64,000 nucleotides of DNA from Octopus vulgaris (taxonomy: Eukaryota): the NCBI GenBank assembly GCA_951406725.2, contig OX597843.1, positions 310,001 through 374,000 of the forward strand, written 5' to 3'. How positions within the stretch are numbered: the first letter of the stretch is position 1; each line of letters begins with the position of its first letter. Under the pieces are notes generated by a model that was given only the letters and a program-made list of their open reading frames with translations, was not told the origin of the DNA and did no database searches. Of the stretch, positions 37,956 through 50,823 are shown in pieces. A program made the position numbers and the translations under genes.

Positions 37956-39397
37956 AAACATAAGTAGTCCAGAAATTTTTCGATAGCATGTTATGTATAT
38001 GAGGTGGTTTCAGAAAAAAATATGATTTCATTACCAAAATTCATCTCAAGACACCTGAGTTATTTAATGTGTGAGGAAGGTACTAATCAATGTACATAGA
38101 TGCAGGAGTGGCTGTGTGGTAAGTAGCTTGCTTACGAACCACATGGTTCCGGGTTCAGTCCCACTGCGTGGCACCTTGGGCAAGTATCTTCTACTATAGC
38201 CCCGGGCCAACCAAAGCCTTGTGAGTGGATTTGGTAGACGGAAACTGAAAGAAGCCTGTCGTATATATGTATGTATATATATATATATATATGTGTGTGT
38301 TTGTGTGTCTGTGTTTGTTCCCCTAGCATTGCTTGACAACCGATGCTGGTGTGTTTACGTCCCCGTCACTTAGCAGTTCGGCCAAGAGACCGATAGAATA
38401 AGTACTGGGCTTACAAGGAATAAGTCCCGGGGTCGAATTGCTCGACTAAAGGCGGTGCTACAGCATGGCCGCAGTCAAATGACTGAAACAAGTAAAGGAG
38501 AGACCACAGAGAAGGTGTCTGTTCCAGGGACAGAGATGTACTGACTGTAAATAGCACAAAGACCAGAGAAAGAAAGAAAGAGAGAAGAGAGTGATTGAGA
38601 TGTAAATACAGGTAAATTTCATCATCATCTATTTTTCCATGCAGGTATGGAAAAGTGGATGTTAAATGATGATGGTGAAGATGAAGCTAAGTAGAGTGGT
38701 GGATATATGTACCAAGAGGGGAGGGAGAGAGAGGGGGGGGAGAAGCAGTCTTTAATGATAAAGACAGGAAGAGAGTGAGGAATATAGAAGGATAGGTACA
38801 AATCCTGTCACAGCTGGGAGGGAGAGAGAAAGAGAGATGAGAGAGAGACATAGGTAAGAGAAAAAGACCAGAGCAAGAGACAGATAGTGGTAGACAGGTT
38901 AGGCAGACAGATAGATAGAGATATAGTTAGATATATGGAAGCACTCCGTCGGTTACGACGATGAGGGTTCCGGTTGATCCGAATCAACGGAACAGCCTGC
39001 TCATGAAATTAACGTGTAAGTGGCTGAGCACTCCACAGACACGTGTACCCTTAACGTAGTTCTCGGGGATATTCAGCGTGACACAGAGAGTGACAAGGCC
39101 GGCCCTTTGAAATACAGGTACAACAGAAACAGGAAGTAAGAGTGAGAGAAAGTTGTGGTGAAAGAGTTCAGCAGGGGTCGCCACCATCCCCTGCCAGAGC
39201 CTTGTGGAGCTTTTAGGTGTTTTCGCTCAATAAACATTCACAACGCCCGGTCTGGGAATCGAAACCGCGATCCTACGACCGCGAGTCCGCTGCCCTAACC
39301 ACTGGGCCATTGTGCCTCCACAGTTAGATATATAGATAGGTGAGAGAGAGACAGAGGGAGAGTTGGTAGAGGTAGTGATAAAGAGAGAGACACTGAC

Positions 39398-39594
39398 CAT
39401 AACGTAATTGTTGGCGGCCTTGTACAGGTCGATACATCCCTGAGCATCAGCAAATTGTCGGATCCCAATACAGTTGGATGGATGGAGTTGTTTCATAAGG
39501 AAGTTACAGCAGGCCTCCACCACCTCGGACAGTTGAAGCAGACAGGCAGTGGACAGCAGGTCTTCAACGGTCTCCTCCTTTAGGTCGAACCGAC
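39398..39594 (-). CDS. KLHL5: Kelch-like protein (KLHL1/4/5 family), first exon visible: end of BTB domain / start of BACK
   Basis: tttcag|GT CGG...ATG|gtcagt, 197 nt, phase 1->0; [66 protein letters not shown]. Invertebrate co-ortholog, so the symbol is family-level. Confidence 0.95.
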
Positions 39595-40604
39595 CTGAAA
39601 TAGTACACGAGAGAGAGAGAGAGACATATAAGTATAAGATGTGCGTGACAGAGTACGTGTGTTGATAAATACATATAAATACGCATGTGTGCATGCATAC
39701 ACACACACAGAAGAGGTAAAAGGAAAAAATGAGATACATACATAGAGAATATGTAGACACACTTGCATATACACACGCACAATATATACATACATACATT
39801 CACTATATATATATATACATACACATTCACTATATATATATATATATACACATACATACACGTTCACTATATATATATATACACATACATACACGTTCAC
39901 TATATATATATATATACATACATACACATTCACTATATATATATACATACATACACGTTCACTATATATATATATACATACATACACGTTCACTATATAT
40001 ATACATACACATTCACTATATATATATATATATATATATACATACATACACATTCCCTATATATATATGCATATACATTCACTACATATATATATAGACA
40101 CATTCATGATATATATATATATATATATTCTTATATTTGTTTCCAGCATTTGACTGTGGCCATGCTGGAGTACTGCCTTTAGTTGAACAAATTCACCCAG
40201 GGACTTATTCTTTGTAAACCTAGCACTTACTCTATTGGTCTCTTTTGCCAAGCCATTAAGTTATGTGGATGTAAACACACCAGCATCGGTTGTCAAGTGA
40301 TGGTGGGGGGAACAAACACAGACACACACACACATATATATATATATATATGACAGGCTTCTTTCAGTTTCCGTCTACCATATCCACTCAAGGCTATGGT
40401 CGGCCTGAGGCTGTATAAAAGACACGCAGTGAGACTGAACCTGGAACCATGTGGTTGGTAAGCAAGCTACTTACCACACAGCCACTCCTACGCCTGTATA
40501 TATATATATATATATATAAAGTTAATCCAAACAAGAAAATAAAAACAACAACGCAAGGACGTGGAACAAATAAAGTATTATTGGACACTCAGGGAAGAAG
40601 GAGG

Positions 40605-40639
40605 GTTTGACGTTTCGAGCGGAGCTCTTCGTCGGAAAC
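40605..40639 (-). ncRNA. Minimal type-I hammerhead ribozyme motif (U4C variant)
   Basis: GUUU-CCGACGA-A-GAGC(UCC)GCUC-GAAA-CG-UC-AAAC: stems I and II pair, GUC cleavage triplet. Confidence 0.6.
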
Positions 40640-40802
40640 ATAGGAGAAGGAAAGGTCCCGAGAAGGGAAGACAGAGGAAAAAAAATCGCTAGTGATACAG
40701 ACGAGGTCACATACTAAAAGACGAAGTGTCTTCTGCTATAGCCCCGGGCCGACCAATGCATTGTGAGTGGATTTGGTTGATGGAAACTGAAAGAAGCCTG
40801 TC

Positions 40803-40845
<43 letters not shown>

Positions 40846-41494
40846 CATACATACACACAGAGGCATACATTCACCAAGTATATATACACACACATATATA
40901 TATATATAAAAGTTTAATTAGATGTTAAATAAGACTCGTTAAGGGATAATAATATCCAATAAATTTACTGGTTTCTTAACTATTATTTATTTTGAATATT
41001 AGATATAATATTCAAAATTAGGGCATTAAATAAACCAAGGGTTAAACAATAACAAAGAAGGGCACATTAGATAATGTAGTCCTATATACACAATGTCTGT
41101 CTGAATAAAAGACAGGGTGGTCACAGCTGGAACACCTTTAATCAGAGATATGCTGGATAAGGACTGAACTGGGGCTAAACACCCCCCACACACACATACA
41201 CAACCCCATCCCCCCTACAAAAATGAGGGTAATCCTTTTTCTGAAAGCAGGGAATACAAAAGGAGTTAGAGACTCACTCCCCCCCCCCCCATCCTTTGGT
41301 TGTGTCCCTACGTTGCTTTTTAATCCCTCTGAGAGATTAGGAAACAGATTATGCACAAGGCCAACGTAAGCGATTAAATTCGGCACTGCTCCTGATGATG
41401 AAGGGTAGGGTCTTCTGTTGAAGGGCACCACCCCCACTTTCATAACATAAGGATTTACTTGTTTAGCCTGAGGTACTCCAGTTATGACCATCCC

Positions 41495-41550
<56 letters not shown>

Positions 41551-42399
41551 GAGGCACAATGGCCCAGTGGTTAGGGCAGCAGACTCGCGGTCGTAGGATT
41601 GTGGTTTAAAAAGGACATAAAAGGACCCAGCACACTCTGTTAAGTGTTTAGCATTTGGAAGGGCATCCAACAGCAGAAACCAAATCAAAACAGACAATCG
41701 GGGCCTGGGTGGTTCTCCAGCTGGTCAGCTCATGTCAAGCCATCCACAACCCATGCCAGCATGGAAAACAGAATGATGATGAGTAAACCCTTAGACAGAC
41801 TACATTTTTCGCTGTAAACTTCCAGGTCATTCTTGTACTTCATAAGACACGTCAAGTAAAATCCCTCTTTCGCACATACAGGTTTGGCCTTTCGGGTGTC
41901 AGTGTTACCTGTGTTACATCACCTGTGTTAAATTACCTGTGTTAGATACACGGAATCCAATCACAAGTCAAACACCCTGACCACTAAGCTATGCTCCCTC
42001 CACTGGCCATAGTAGAAGACATTTGACCCCAAAGACACTTGGCTTTCATAGCAAGCTTCTCAACCAAATAGCCATGTCTGCATTTATTTAAGACTACATG
42101 TAGGGCTTTGTTGCATCATGAGACCACTGATTTTTTTTTTTTAAGACTGTAAAGATAGATGAGGTTTTGAGGGGGGTTTTTGGCTGTTATTTCTAACTGT
42201 TTGAATAACCACATGGAGACTCCTTTGTTGGGTGTTAGGGATTAGGGGAAGATTAAGGGTGTGGTTACGGAGAGATAGGGGTTTGGGAGGTGGGGGAATA
42301 AGTGAAACTTGTTAGGAGAAATAGCTTCAGGCCTGGGATAGATATCACCTGGGGTGGGATGGGGTGAGAGACTGTGTGTGAGAGGGAGATTGTGCATTT

Positions 42400-43730
42400 G
42401 TGAGGGACAAAGTGTGTTTCTGTGTGTGTGTGTGTGTATGTGTGAGTGAGAGAGAGTCTGTGTGTGAGATAATGTGTTTCTGTGTCTGTGTGTGTTTCTC
42501 TCTGTGTCTGAGAAAGAGTTTGTGTGTGTGAGAGAGAGAGAGAAGTTGTGTCTCTGTGTGTGTGAGAAAGAGATTGCGTTTGTGGGTGTCAGATGGAGAG
42601 TTTCTGTGTGTGTGTGAGGTTGTGTTTGTGTGTGAGGTTGTGTTTGTGTGTGTGTGTGTGAGGTTGTGTTTGTGTGTGCAAGTGTGAGTGTGAGTGTGTG
42701 TGTGTGAGGTTGTGTTTGTGTGTGTGTGTGTGTGAGGTTGTGTTTGTGTGTGCAAGTGTGTGTGCGAGGTTGTGTGTGTGTGTGTGTGTGAGGTTGTGTG
42801 TGTGTGTGCAAGTGTGTGTGTGAGTTGTGTGTGTGTGTGTGTGAGGTTGTGTTTGTGTGTGTGTGAGGTTGTGTTTGTGTGTGCAAGTGTGTGTGTGTGT
42901 GAGGTTGTGTTTGTGTGTGCAAGTGTGTGTGTGAGGTTGTGTGTGTGTGTGTGAGGTTGTGTTTGTGTGTGTGTGAGGTTGTGTTTGTGTGTGTGTGTGT
43001 GGTTGTGTTTGTGTGTGTGTGTGAGGTTGTGTTTGTGTGTGTGAGGTTGTGTTTGTGTGTGTGTGTGAGGTTGTGTTTGTGTGTGTGAGGTTGTGTTTGT
43101 GTGTGTGTGTGAGGTTGTGTTTGTGTGTGTGAGGTTGTGTGTGTGTGAGGTTGTGTTTGTGTGTGTGAGAGAGAGAGATGTTGTGCTTCTGCGTGTGTGT
43201 GTGAAAAAGAGAGGCTGTGTTTCTGTGTGTGTGATTGTATTTGTGTGTGTGTGCGTGAGTGAGAGAAAGAGAGAATATGTTTCTGTGTGTGTGTTTTAAA
43301 TGTGTAAACAGTCAACTTATTAATTCCTATGTTATTTCAAGCAATTAACCTTTTGTGCATTAATTAGTATACACACTCAATAATTAAGTGTACACATTAA
43401 TATCGTCTTTGGTGTGCTGCTCATATTACACGTCTGAAAAGTACGCGTTAACATACACGCAGATAGATTGATACACATACACGCACACAAACAGGTACAT
43501 ACACACACATACATACATGCACACACACACAGATACACAAGCATACACACACACACAAATACATAGATACACAAACACACACACACACATATACATAGAT
43601 ACACAAACAAACACACACACACACACATATACATAGATACACAAACACACACACATATACATAGATACACACACACACACACACACAAATACATAGATAC
43701 ACAAACACACACACAAATATATATATATAC
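42400..43730. repeat. (TG)n-based minisatellite (gaggttgtgtttgtgtgt units) and adjacent (CA)n variants
   Basis: Direct inspection. Confidence 0.9.
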
Positions 43731-44054
43731 GACAGGCTTTCAGTTTTCATCTACCAAATCCACTCACAAGGCTTTGGTTGGCTCAAGATTGTAGGAAAAG
43801 ATATAGGTATGCCCATTGAGCATATATATAGCGCCACCTTGGCTGGCTTCCGTGCCGGTGGCACATTAAAAGCACCAACCGATTGTGGCCGATGCCGGAC
43901 TCCTCTGGCACCTGTGCAGGTGGCACGTAAAAAGCACCCACTACACTCTCGGAGTGGTTGGCGTTGGGAAGGGCATCCAGCTGTAGAAACACTGCCAGAT
44001 CAGACTGGAGCCTGGCTTCCCAGACCCCGGTCGAACCGTCCAACCCGTGCTAGG

Positions 44055-44380
44055 GCGCACCATCAAAATACAGGATCAGATATTACAACAGCTTGGGCTT
44101 CAAGGGCCCACAGTTCTTTAATATACTTCCAAAATGCTTGTGGGACCTGCATGGTGTGGATGTAGGTGTCTTCAAAACAAAACTGGATCTGCTCCTGTCA
44201 AGGGTTCCAGATGAGCCTACCTCACAGCAGGAAATACAGATGAGGGTAGCAGCATCAAACTCCCTCATTCGTCCAAATGCCACATATCAGAGGAGATTTC
44301 AAATAATGGTGTGGCACAGCCGATGGTGGTGCCCCAGCATGACCGTAGCTTTAAAGCTGAATCAATTTAAAGAAAAGAAA
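44055..44380 (+). mobile_element. LINE (CR1/L2-group) 3' fragment
   Basis: FKGPQFFNILPKCLWDLHGVDVGVFKTKLDLLLSRVPDEP...AASNSL resembles non-LTR ORF2 C-termini. Confidence 0.65.
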
Positions 44381-45020
44381 ATTATAAATACACATAGGTG
44401 CAGGAGTGGCTGTGTGGTAAGTAGCTTGCTAACCAACCACATGATTCCGGGTTCAGTCCCACTGCGTGGCACCTTGGGCAAGTGTCTTCTACTATAGCCT
44501 CGGGCCGACCAATGCCTTGTGAGTGGATTTGGTAGACGGAAACTGAAAGAAGCCCGTCGTATATATATATATATATATATATGTATGCGTGTGTGTGTTT
44601 GTGTGTCTGTGTTTGTCCCCCTAGCATTGCTTGACAACCGATGCTGGTGTGTTTACGTCCCCGTCACTTAGCGGTTCGGCAAAAGAGACCGATAGAATAA
44701 GTACTGGGCTTACAAAAGAATAAGTCCCAGGGTCGATTTGCTCGATTAAAGGCGGTGCTCCAGCATGGCCGCAGTCAAATGACTGAAATAAGTAAAAGAA
44801 AAAGAAAGAAACATACACACTATGGGCTTCTTCAATTCTCTGCCCACGAAATCCATTCAAAAGGTTTTGCCCAAAGCACCATGCAGTGGGACTGAACCCA
44901 GAACCATGTGGGTCGGAAGCAAGCATCTTACCACACAGCCACACCTGCACTTATACATATATATGCATACATATACATACAACTATATGTATGTGTACTT
45001 ATATATTATATACACACACA

Positions 45021-46545
45021 TACCTATTTCTTTATTACCCACAAGGGGCTAAACACAGAGGGGACAAACAAGGACAGACATAGGTATTAAGTTGATTACA
45101 TCGACCCCAGTATGTAACTGGTACTTAATTTTATCGACCCCGAAAGGATGAAAGGCAAAGTCGACCTCGGCGGAATTTGAACTCAGAACGTAACGGCAGA
45201 CGAAATACCTCTTTCTTTACTACCCACAAGGGGCTAAACACAGAGAGGACAAACAAGGACAGACAAAGGATTAAGTCGATTATATCGACCCCAGTGCGTA
45301 ACTGGTACTTAATTTTATCGACCCCGAAAGGATGAAAGGCAAAGTCGACCTCGGCGGAATTTGAACCCAGAACGTAACGGCAGACGAAATACCTCTTTCT
45401 TTACTACCCACAAGGGGCCAAACACAGAGAGGACAAACAAGGACAGACAAAGGGATTAAGTCGATTATATCGACCCCAGTGCGTAACTGGTACTTAATTT
45501 TATCGACCCCGAAAGGATGAAAGGCAAAGTCGACCTCGGCGGAATTTGAACTCGGAACGTAGCAGCAGACGAAATACCTCTTTCTTTACTACCCACAAGG
45601 GGCTAAACACAGAGGGGACAAACAAGGACAGACATAGGTATTAAGTCGATTACATTAACCCCAGTGCGTAACTGGTACTTAATTTTATCGACCCCGAAAG
45701 GATGAAAGGCAAAGTCGACCTCGGCGGAATTTGAACCCAGAACGTAACGGCAGAAGAAATACCGCTTTCTTTACTACCCACAAGGGGCTAAACACAGAGG
45801 GGACAAACAAGGACAGACATAGGTATTAAGTCGATTACATCGACCCCAGTGCGTAACTGGTACTTAATTTATCGACCCCGAAAGGATGAAAGGCAAAGTC
45901 GACCTCGGCGGAATTTGAACTCGGAACGTAGCAGCAGACGAAATACCTCTTTCTTTACTACCCACAAGGGGCTAAACACAGAGGGGACAAACAAGGACAG
46001 ACATAGGGATTAAGTCGATTATATCGACCCCAGTGCGTAACTGGTACTTAATTTTATCGACCCCGAAAGGATGAAAGGCAAAGTCGACCTCGGCGGAATT
46101 TGAACTCGGAACGTAGCAGCAGACGAAATACCTCTTTCTTTACTACCCACAAGGGGCTAAACACAGAGGGGACAAACAAGGACAGACATAGGTATTAAGT
46201 CGATTACATCGACCCCAGTGCGTAACTGGTACTTAATTTATCGACCCCGAAAGGATGAAAGGCAAAGTCGACCTCGGCGGAATTTGAACTCGGAACGTAG
46301 CAGCAGACGAAATACCTATTTCTTTACTACCCACAAGGGGCTAAACACAGAGGGGACAAACAAGGACAGACATAGGTATTAAGTCGATTATATCGACCCC
46401 AGTGCGTAACTGGTACTTAATTTATCGACCCTCGAAAGGATGAAAGGCAAAGTCGACCTCGGCGGAATTTGAACTCAGAACGTAACGGCAGACGAAATAC
46501 CGCTAAGCATTTCGCCCGGCGTGCTAACGTCTCTGCCAGCTCGCA
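45021..46545 (-). repeat. Eight-unit tandem array of about 184-bp SINE family C bodies with a single head
   Basis: cccacaagggg recurs near 45038, 45223, 45407, 45592, 45777, 45961, 46146 and 46330; head at 46500-46545. Confidence 0.92.
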
Positions 46546-46899
46546 ACCCTTATACACATACCCTGCAAGTGAGAGGTGTGGTGTGTTGAGACTTCTTGGA
46601 AAGGGGGTAGGATGCCACAATTAGATAAGAAGGAGAAAGGGGTGGGTGGGCAGAAGCGATGTGTGTATGTATGTATATATGTGTGTGTATAGATATGTAT
46701 ATCAGTGCGTGTCAGTATATTCGTGCATGCCAGATGTTAAATTCTACCCTAAAAAATACAGTTCCCCTCTTGGGACGTGTGCTAGTGGATGGAAGGTGGT
46801 GTGTTTGTGAGTGACTAATGAATCCCCCACACCCACCCACCCACTAAATCAGACCATCAAGAATTAGGGAGTCACACCCTAAAAACAAAGAATAGGGCA

Positions 46900-47780
46900 G
46901 AGATGGATGTATGTACATATATATATATATACGAAGACAAAGTGTGTGTGTATATACATATATACACGCAGACATATGTAAGTATAGATAAGTATACACA
47001 CACTCACGCAAACATGTATGTATGTGTTTGTGTATGCATGCTTGCGTGTAGGTATGTGTATGTGTATATGTGTGTATATATGTGTGTATGTATGTGTGTG
47101 TATGTATATATACGTGTATGTACGTATATATATATATATATGTGTGTATGTATATATGTGCATGTGTGTATGTATGTATATATATGTGTGTGTGTGTATG
47201 TATGTATATATATATGTGTATGTATATATGTGCATGTGTGTATGTATGTATATATATGTGTGTGTATGTATGTATATATATGTGTGTATGTATGTATATA
47301 TATGTGTGTGTATGTATATATATGTGTGTGTATGTATGTATATATATATGTGTATGTATATATGTGCACGTGTGTGTACAGATGCGTGAAAAACTACAAA
47401 ACCACAGAGAAACCAAAAAAACCCACACAGGACGCAGTTCCTTAAATATGCCATTCCTTGCCCCACTCTCTCACCATCATCATCATCATCATCATAATTA
47501 GAGTGATAGCAATGACGAAGATGACAGTGATGATGATGCTGGTGATGGCAATGGTGTGATGGTGGTGATGGTTGCGTGGTGGTGGTGATGATGGTGATGA
47601 TAATGATAATGATGGTGATAATAGTGACAGTGATGATGGTGATGGTGGTGATGATGATGATAATGATGATGGATGATGATGATAGTGATGATGACGATGA
47701 TGACAATGATGATGATGGTGGTGATAGTGATGATGATGATGATAGTGGTGATGATAGTGACGATGATGATGGTGATGATT
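46900..47780. repeat. (TATG)/(TA)n and (GAT/GGT)n microsatellite block
   Basis: Direct inspection. Confidence 0.9.
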
Positions 47781-48102
47781 TATGTTGCCAAGCTTCACCC
47801 AAACTTCAAAACTGAAAGAAGCCTGTCGTATATGTGTGTGTGTGTGTGTTTGTGTGTCTGTGTTTGTCCCCCTAGCATTGCTTGACAACCGATGCTGGTG
47901 TGTTTACGTCCCCGTCACTTAGCGGTTCAGCAAAAGAGACCGATAGAATAACTACTAGGCTTACAAAGAATAAGTCCCGGGGTCGAGTTGCTCGACTAAA
48001 AAAGGCGGTGCTCCAGCATGGCTGCAGTTAAATGATTGAAACAAGTAAAAGAGTATATATATATATATATATTTTATTTTATTTTATAGAAGGAGTTCTA
48101 CA

Positions 48103-48146
48103 GGACTAGAACTGTTTCATTCAAATGAAATCATCAGTTCTAGTCC
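48103..48146 (-). ncRNA. Hammerhead core motif inside a palindrome (48078-48172)
   Basis: Minus strand: ggacuagaa-CUGAUGA-uuucauuugaau-GAAA-cag-uu-cuagucc; stem II weak. Confidence 0.4.
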
Positions 48147-48241
48147 TGTAGAAGCTCCTTCTATAAAATAAATTAATTTACTCTGCTATGTATTGAGTAC
48201 CTTATTTACTGTGGTTAACCCCGACTCAACCCGGGACCTAC

Positions 48242-48302
<61 letters not shown>

Positions 48303-48764
48303 GAAATATAAAATGGGACAACAAAACATCCAGATAGATGATACAAAGTAAACAAGGACGGGTCATTCGAAGTTTTCTTTCTTCAGTCAAGCACCAGATT
48401 ATCCTTGCAATTTTGGGAGAGAGAGAGAGAGAAGAAACAGAGAGCTGTTTGTGTGCTTGCATGCATGTTTATATATATATATATATACATACACACACAG
48501 ATAGATACAAATAAAAATGTGTGTGTGTGTGCGTAAATATATATTCACATGCACACACACACACACAATTTGCACACTCACAGCCCCACCCCGGGTCCAT
48601 ATGTTCATTTGTGCTGTGTCTATCCAAACAATTAGTTCTACTTCATATTAAACACTAATTTGTCGTCAGACGTGAAAAGCTGAGAAAATATTGACATAAA
48701 TATACAATTAGACAGTGAATCAGTGCGTATACTAATGTATACGTCAATATATTTGTACAAATAC

Positions 48765-48795
<31 letters not shown>

Positions 48796-48879
48796 TAGAT
48801 GTAATAATATGTATGTAATAATATGTATGTGTCCATATATGTATGTTTGTATACGAGTATATCTATATATATGTATGGG

Positions 48880-48922
<43 letters not shown>

Positions 48923-50548
48923 AGTGAGCATATATGCACATATTTGTATACGCATGCATACATTTGTATACTCTCTCTTTTACTTGTTTCAGTCATTTGA
49001 CTGCGGCCATGCTGGAGCACCACCTTTAGTCGAGCAACTCGACCCCGGGACTTATTCTTTGTAAGCCTAGTACTTATTTTATCGGTCTCTTTTGCCGAAC
49101 TGCTAAGTGACGGGGACGTAAACACACCAGCATCGGTTGTCAAGCAATGCAAGGGGGACAAACACACACACACATATATATATATACATATATACGACGG
49201 GCTTCTTTCAGTTTCCGTCTACCAAATCCACTCACAAGGCATTGGTCGGCCCGATGCTATAGTAGAAGACACTTGCCCAAGGTGCCACGCAGTTGGACTG
49301 AACCTGGAACCATGTGGTTGGTAAGCAAGCTACATACCACACAGCCACTCCTGTGTGTATGTGTGTACATATTATATATACATGCACACATACACAGAAA
49401 GTTAAGTAGTCTAAAAGAGTGTATACATCTGAATATATATATGTTAAAAATTCAAACCAATCTTTTAATCTTTAACTTGTTTCAGTCATTTGACCGCAGC
49501 CATGCTGGAGCACTACTTCAAAGGGTTTTTAGTCAAAGAAACCAACCCCAGGACTTATTCTTTGTAAGCCTAGTACTTATCTATTGGTCTCTTACAGGAT
49601 CATAAACAGGATCCTTTATTGGAGTAAATATGGCTTACGGCCGTTTCCAGTAGCCATTATAGGTACATTACTGATAGGTTTACTCAATTGGTTTATTGAT
49701 CAGTTGAGAGAAATCAAACAACTTAAGAAACTTGATGCTATTCTCATCAGAGCCATTTCTAATATTGTTAGCCTGATCGTTACCTGCGTTGCCTTACTGG
49801 CACTTGTGCCAGTGGAACATGAACAAAACATTCGAGCGAGGTTGTTGCCAGTGCCGCTGAACTGACTCCTGTGCAGGTGGCACGTAAAAAGCACCATTTG
49901 AGCGTGGCTGTTGCCAGTACCGCCTGACTGGCCCTCGTGCCAGTGGCACGTAAAAGCACCCACTACACTCTCGGAGTGGTTGGCGTTAGGAAGGGCATCC
50001 AGCTGTAGAAACTCTGCCAAATCAAGATTGGAGCCTGGTGCAGCCATCTGGTTCGCCAGTCCTCAGTCAAAATCGTCCAACCCATGCTAGCATGGAAAGC
50101 GGATGTTAAATGATGATGATGATGGTGTGCCAACAAAGAGCTTATGAAGTATTTTTCTCAGATTGATAATCTCTACCTGTTCTATATATATATATATATA
50201 TACATACATCCTGTGTGTATGTTAATATTTAGCGGAAACAACCGGTTGACTCAAAGGCTGAGAGGTTTGTACATTGGCACTTGTGTAAGTTTGGTAAGTG
50301 CCAATGCATGAAGTACTTGGCCCTTCAGCCACTCTGCTGTTTCTGTTAAATGTTAATTAAGAAAATACACACATAAGTGTAGGTGCAGGAGTGGGTGTGT
50401 GTGGTAAGTAGCTTGCTTACCAACCACATACTTCCAGGTTCAGTCCCACTGCATGACATCTCGGGCAAGTGTCTTCTACTATAGCCTCAGGCAGACCAAT
50501 GCCTTGTGAGTGGATTTGGTAGACGGAAACTGAAAGAAACCCATCGTA

Positions 50549-50598
<50 letters not shown>

Positions 50599-50792
50599 CC
50601 CCCACCATCACTTGACAACCGATGCTGGTGTGTATATAATATACATATATATATATACACACACACACATTCATATATATATATATATATATATATAGCA
50701 AATCTTGATGGACATCATATATCTGCCTATACACACCCACATGTATACACATGTCAATTCATGTATGTATATACATAAAGAAGACCGTTGTG

Positions 50793-50823
<31 letters not shown>

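Noticed and set aside
41388-41430. CTGATGA at 41392 and 62140, and CTGAAGA (minus) near 48385, as extra hammerheads
   Set aside because: No convincing stem II plus GAAA plus UH arrangement could be built
41905-41945. Three acctgtgtta copies forming donor-like ACAG|gt sites on the minus strand
   Set aside because: A tiny tandem repeat with no upstream open reading frame resembling BTB
42242-43315. 357-aa His/Thr-rich ORF (likewise 35589-36578 and 46844-47888)
   Set aside because: Stop-free dinucleotide repeats, not coding
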